A DNA stretch of 64,000 nt from Hypanus sabinus. Taxonomy: Eukaryota. Position 1 is the stretch's first letter. Each line of letters opens with the position of its first letter. Of the stretch, positions 58,771 through 64,000 are shown piece by piece. A program made the translations under genes and the position numbers. The stretch lies in the NCBI RefSeq assembly GCF_030144855.1, contig NW_026778917.1:372001-436000 (forward strand), read 5' to 3'. The notes below the pieces were generated by a model that did not search any database, was not told the DNA's origin, and worked only from the letters and a program-made list of their open reading frames with translations.

Positions 58771-61133
58771 GTCCGCCGCCTGGTGTTTTCCTGTGGGACC
58801 TGGTCTCCGGGATGTCCGCCTGGTGTTTTCCTGTGGGACCTGGTGTCCGGGATGTCCGCCTGGTGTTTAACTGTGGGACCTGGTGTCCGGGATGTCCGCC
58901 TGGTGTTTTCCTGTGGGACCTGGTCTCCGGGATGTCCGCCCGGTGTTTTCCTGTGGGACCTGGTCTCCGGGATGTCCGCCCGGTGTTTTCCTGTGGGACC
59001 TGGTCTCTGGGATGTCCGCCTGGTGTTTTCCTGTGGGACCTGGTCTCCGGGATGTCCGCCCGGTGTTTTCCTGTGGGACCTGGTCTCCGGGATGTCCGCC
59101 TGGTGTTTTCCTGTGGGACCGGGTGTCCGGGATGTCCGCCTGGTGTTTAACTGTGGGACCTGGTGTCCGGGATGTCCGCCCGGTGTTTTCCTGTGGGACC
59201 TGGTCTCCGGGATGTCCGCCCGGTGTTTTCCTGTGGGACCTGGTGTCCGGGATGTCCGCCTGGTGTTTTCCTGTGGGACCTGGTGTCCGGGATGTCCGCC
59301 TGGTGTTTTCCTGTGGGACCTGGTGTCCGGGATGTCCGCCTGGTGTTTAACTGTGGGACCTGGTCTCCGGGATGTCCGCCCGGTGTTTTCCTGTGGGACC
59401 TGGTGTCCGGGATGTCCGCCTGGTGTTTTCCTGTGGGACCTGGTCTCGGGGATGTCCGCCCGGTGTTTTCCTGTGGGACCTGGTGTCCGGGATGTCCGCC
59501 TGGTGTTTTCCTGTGGGACCTGGTCTCCGGGATGTCCGCCTGGTGTTTTCCTGTGGGACCTGGTGTCCGGGATGTCCGCCCGGTGTTTTCCTGTGGGACC
59601 TGGTATCCGGGATGTCCGCCTGGTGTTTTCCTGTGGGACCTGGTGTCCGGGATGTCCGCCCGGTGTTTTCCTGTGGGACCTGGTGTCCGGGATGTCCGCC
59701 CGGTGTTTTCCTGTGGGACCTGGTGTCCGGGATGTCCGCCCGGTGTTTTCCTGTGGGACCTGGTCTCCGGGATGTCCGCCTGGTGTTTTCCTGTGGGACC
59801 TGGTGTCCGGGATGTCCGCCCGGTGTTTTCCTGTGGGACCTGGTGTCCGGGATGTCCGCCTGGTGCTTTCCTGTGGGACCTGGTGTCCGGGATGTCCGCC
59901 TGGTGTTTTCCTGTGGGACCTGGTGCCCGGGATGTCCGCCTGGTGTTTAACTGTGGGACCTGGTGTCCGGGATGTCCGCCCGGTGTTTTCCTGTGGGACC
60001 TGGTGTCCGGGATGTCCGCCCGGTGTTTTCCTGTGGGACCTGGTGTCCGGGATGTCCGCCCGGTGTTTTCCTGTGGGACCTGGTCTCCGGGATGTCCGCC
60101 CGGTGTTTTCCTGTGGGACCTGGTCTCCGGGATGTCCGCCCGGTGTTTTCCTGTGGGACCTGGTCTCCGGGATGTCCGCCTGGTGTTTTCCTGTGGGACC
60201 TGGTCTCCGGGATGTCCGCCCGGTGTTTTCCTGTGGGACCTGGTGTCCGGGATGTCCGCCTGGTGTTTTCCTGTGGGACCTGGTGTCCGGGATGTCCGCC
60301 CGGTGTTTTCCTGTGGGACCTGGTCTCCGGGATGTCCGCCCGGTGTTTTCCTGTGGGACCTGGTGTCCGGGATGTCCGCACGGTGTTTTCCTGTGGGACC
60401 TGGTGTCCGGGATGTCCGCCTGGTGTTTTCCTGTGGGACCTGGTGTCCGGGATGTCCGCCCGGTGTTTTCCTGTGGGACCTGGTGTCCGGGATGTCCGCC
60501 TGGTGTTTTCCTGTGGGACCTGGTGTCCGGGATGTCCGCCTGGTGTTTTCCTGTGGGACCTGGTGTCCGGGATGTCCGCCTGGTGTTTTCCTGTGGGACC
60601 TGGTGTCCGGGATGTCCGCCTGGTGTTTAACTGTGGGACCTGGTCTCCGGGATGTCCGCCTGGTGTTTTCCTGTGGGACCTGGTGTCCGGGATGTCCGCC
60701 TGGTGTTTTCCTGTGGGACCTGGTGTCCGGGATGTCCGCCTGGTGTTTTCCTGTGGGACCTGGTCTCCGGGATGTCCGCCTGGTGTTTTCCTGTGGGACC
60801 TGGTGTCCGGGATGTCCGCCTGGTGTTTTCCTGTGGGACCTGGTCTCCCGGATGTCCGCCCGGTGTTTTCCTGTGTGACTTGGTGTCCGGGATGTCCGCC
60901 CGGTGTTTTCCTGTGGGACCTGGTCTCCGGGATGTCCGCCTGGTGTTTTCCTGTGGGACCTGGTGTCCGGGATGTCCGCCTGGTGTTTTCCTGTGGGACC
61001 TGGTGTCCGGGATGTCCGCCTGGTGTTTTCCTGTGGGACCTGGTCTCCGGGATGTCCGCCTGGTGTTTAACTGTGGGACCTGGTCTCCGGGATGTCCGCC
61101 CGGTGTTTTCCTGTGGGACCTGGTGTCCGGGAT
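58768..61133. repeat. 40-bp tandem array (~59 copies)
   Basis: Unit tggtgtccgggatgtccgcctggtgttttcctgtgggacc, with exact 40-bp periodicity. Confidence 0.98.
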
Positions 61134-61495
61134 GGACAAAACCCAACGGTTGTCTTCGGGAGTCTCTCGGATCAGATCCAGCAAAACAGGCCGCTCGGCC
61201 CTTCAATTTGTTCTTCGTGCCTCATCCCCTCCGTCTCTACTCAACGATCTCTCCCCCCTCCCCCCATGCCTGCCCCGTTTCTGCCGGAGGGACAGGGTTC
61301 CTTGCCGTCTAACTCTCCCGACCCACTCAGAACTTGGTATCCTTTCACAGGTCACCCCTCAGCCTCGCCTCTCCAGTCTCAGTCTTCATAACTGAGACAC
61401 CCCACCCCAGGTAATACCCCGGGAATCTCTGAGGAGTGCAGCGGTGGCTTATGACTGCACTCACTCCCGACTCACCAGCGTTTTACACGTGAGCG

Positions 61496-64000
61496 GCACA
61501 GACAGACACACTTCCAACAACCCCTCCCCCACCTGAGACGTGTACACACACTCACATTCCACCCCCCCACACACACCCGCAGACAGACACACTTCCAACA
61601 ACCCCTCCCCCACCTGAGACGTGTACACACACTCACATTCCACCCCCCCACACACACCCGCAGACAGACACACTTCCAACAACCCCTCCCCCACCTGAGA
61701 CGTGTACACACACTCACATTCCACCCCCCCACACACACCCACAGACAGACACACTTCCAACAACCCCTCCCCCACCTGAGACGTGTACACACACTCACAC
61801 TCCCCCCCACACACCCACAGACAGACACACTTCCAACAACCCCTCCCCCACCTGAGACGTGTACACACACTCACATTCCACCCCCCCACACACACCCGCA
61901 GACAGACACACTTCCAACAACCCCTCCCTGAGACGTGTACATACACTCACACTCCCCCCCACACACCCACAGACAGACACACTTCCAACAACCCCTCCCC
62001 CACCTGAGACGTGTACACACACTCACATTCCACCCCCCCACACACACCCGCAGACAGACACACTTCCAACAACCCCTCCCTGAGACGTGTACACACACTC
62101 ACACTCCCCCCCACACACCCACAGACAGACACACTTCCAACAACCCCTCCCCCACCTGAGACGTGTACACACACTCACATTCCACCCCCCCACACACACA
62201 CCCACAGACAGACACGCTTCCAACAACCCCTCCCCCACCTGAGACGTGTACACACACTCACATTCCACCCCCCCACACACACCCGCAGACAGACACACTT
62301 CCAACAACCCCTCCCTGAGACGTGTACACACACTCACACTCCCCCCCACACACCCACAGACAGACACACTTCCAACAACCCCTCCCCCACCTGAGACGTG
62401 TACACACACTCACATTCCACCCCCCCACACACACCCGCAGACAGACACACTTCCAACAACCCCTCCCTGAGACGTGTACACACACTCACACTCCCCCCCC
62501 ACACACCCACAGACAGACACACTTCCAACAACCCCTCCCCCACCTGAGACGTGTACACACACTCACATTCCACCCCCCCACACACACCCGCAGACAGACA
62601 CACTTCCAACAACCCCTCCCTGAGACGTGTACACACACTCACATTCCCCCCCACACACCCACAGACAGACACACTTCCAACAACCCCTCCCCCACCTGAG
62701 ACGTGTACACACACTCACACTCCCCCCCACACACACCCGCAGACAGACACACTTCCAACAACCCCTCCCTGAGACGTGTACACACACTCACACTCCCCCC
62801 CACACACCCACAGACAGACACACTTCCAACAACCCCTCCCTGAGACGTGTACACACACTCACACTCCCCCCCACACACCCACAGACAGACACACTTCCAA
62901 CAACCCCTCCCCCACCTGAGACGTGTACACACACTCACATTCCACCCCCCCACGCACACCCGCAGACAGACACACTTCCAACAACCCCTCCCTGAGACGT
63001 GTACATACACTCACACTCCCCCCCACACACCCACAGACAGACACACTTCCAACAACCCCTCCCTGAGACGTATACACACACTCACACTCCCCCCCACACA
63101 CCCACAGACAGACACACTTCCAACAACCCCTCCCCCACCTGAGACGTGTACACACACTCACACTCCCACCCCCCACACACACCCACAGACAGACACACTT
63201 CCAACAACCCCTCCCCCACCTGAGACGTGTACACACACTCACACTCCCACCCCCCACACACACCCACAGACAGACACACTTCCAACAACCCCTCCCCACC
63301 TGAGACGTGTACACACACTCACATTCCACCCCCCCACACACACCCACAGACAGACACACTTCCAACAACCCCTCCCCACCTGAGACGTGTACACACACTC
63401 ACATTCCACCCCCCCACGCACACCCGCAGACAGACACACTTCCAACAACCCCTCCCTGAGACGTGTACATACACTCACACTCCCCCCCACACACCCACAG
63501 ACAGACACACTTCCAACAACCCCTCCCTGAGACGTATACACACACTCACACTCCCCCCCACACACCCACAGACAGACACACTTCCAACAACCCCTCCCCC
63601 ACCTGAGACGTGTACACACACTCACACTCCCACCCCCCACACACACCCACAGACAGACACACTTCCAACAACCCCTCCCCCACCTGAGACGTGTACACAC
63701 ACTCACACTCCCACCCCCCACACACACCCACAGACAGACACACTTCCAACAACCCCTCCCCACCTGAGACGTGTACACACACTCACATTCCACCCCCCCC
63801 ACACACACCCACAGACAGACACACTTCCAACAACCCCTCCCCACCTGAGACGTGTACACACACTCACATTCCACCCCCCCACACACACCCACAGACAGAC
63901 ACACTTCCAACAACCCCTCCCCCACCTGAGACGTGTACACACACTCACATTCCACCCCCCCACACACACCCACAGACAGACACACTTCCAACAACCCCTC
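61496..64000. repeat. ~76-82 bp CA-rich tandem array running off the window end
   Basis: Unit cagacagacacacttccaacaacccctcccccacctgagacgtgtacacacactcacattcca(C)nacacacacc. Confidence 0.96.

Noticed and set aside
58783-61395. Long Cys/Gly/Pro-rich ORFs (615, 571, 449 aa)
   Set aside because: Translations of the 40-bp tandem array.
61461-63994. Cys-rich keratin- or metallothionein-like ORFs
   Set aside because: Translations of the CA/GT-rich tandem repeat.

Overview
Vertebrate genomic DNA. The repeat content (CR1, L1, L2, Rex-Babar, Penelope, Gypsy) suggests a cartilaginous fish; this is inference. The window is repeat-dense and has one ~200-N gap (22545-22745). Two intron-containing genes were assembled by hand, both on the minus strand, with GT-AG sites and matching phases. 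(1) Tapasin (TAPBP) exons 1-4 at 11105-11045, 8099-7884, 1525-1253 and 68-<1, which points to an MHC class I antigen-processing region. (2) A complete six-coding-exon, 213-aa secreted SOUL/heme-binding family gene at 58170-41706. Each gene starts in a CpG-rich island with signs of a divergent plus-strand transcript. The rest is transposons and minisatellites (~30, 51, ~98, ~41, 40 and ~76-82 bp units); all the very long ORFs in the track are repeat artefacts. Highlights: the tapasin has Thr at the ERp57-binding Cys95 position and a TAPBPR-length editing loop; a TSD-flanked Gypsy element has its RT fused in frame to a myosin heavy-chain (MYH16-like) tail fragment; a decayed gag-pro-env LTR element with a tRNA-Asn PBS sits in tapasin intron 2; and the 51-bp array contains an 8-mer higher-order repeat.
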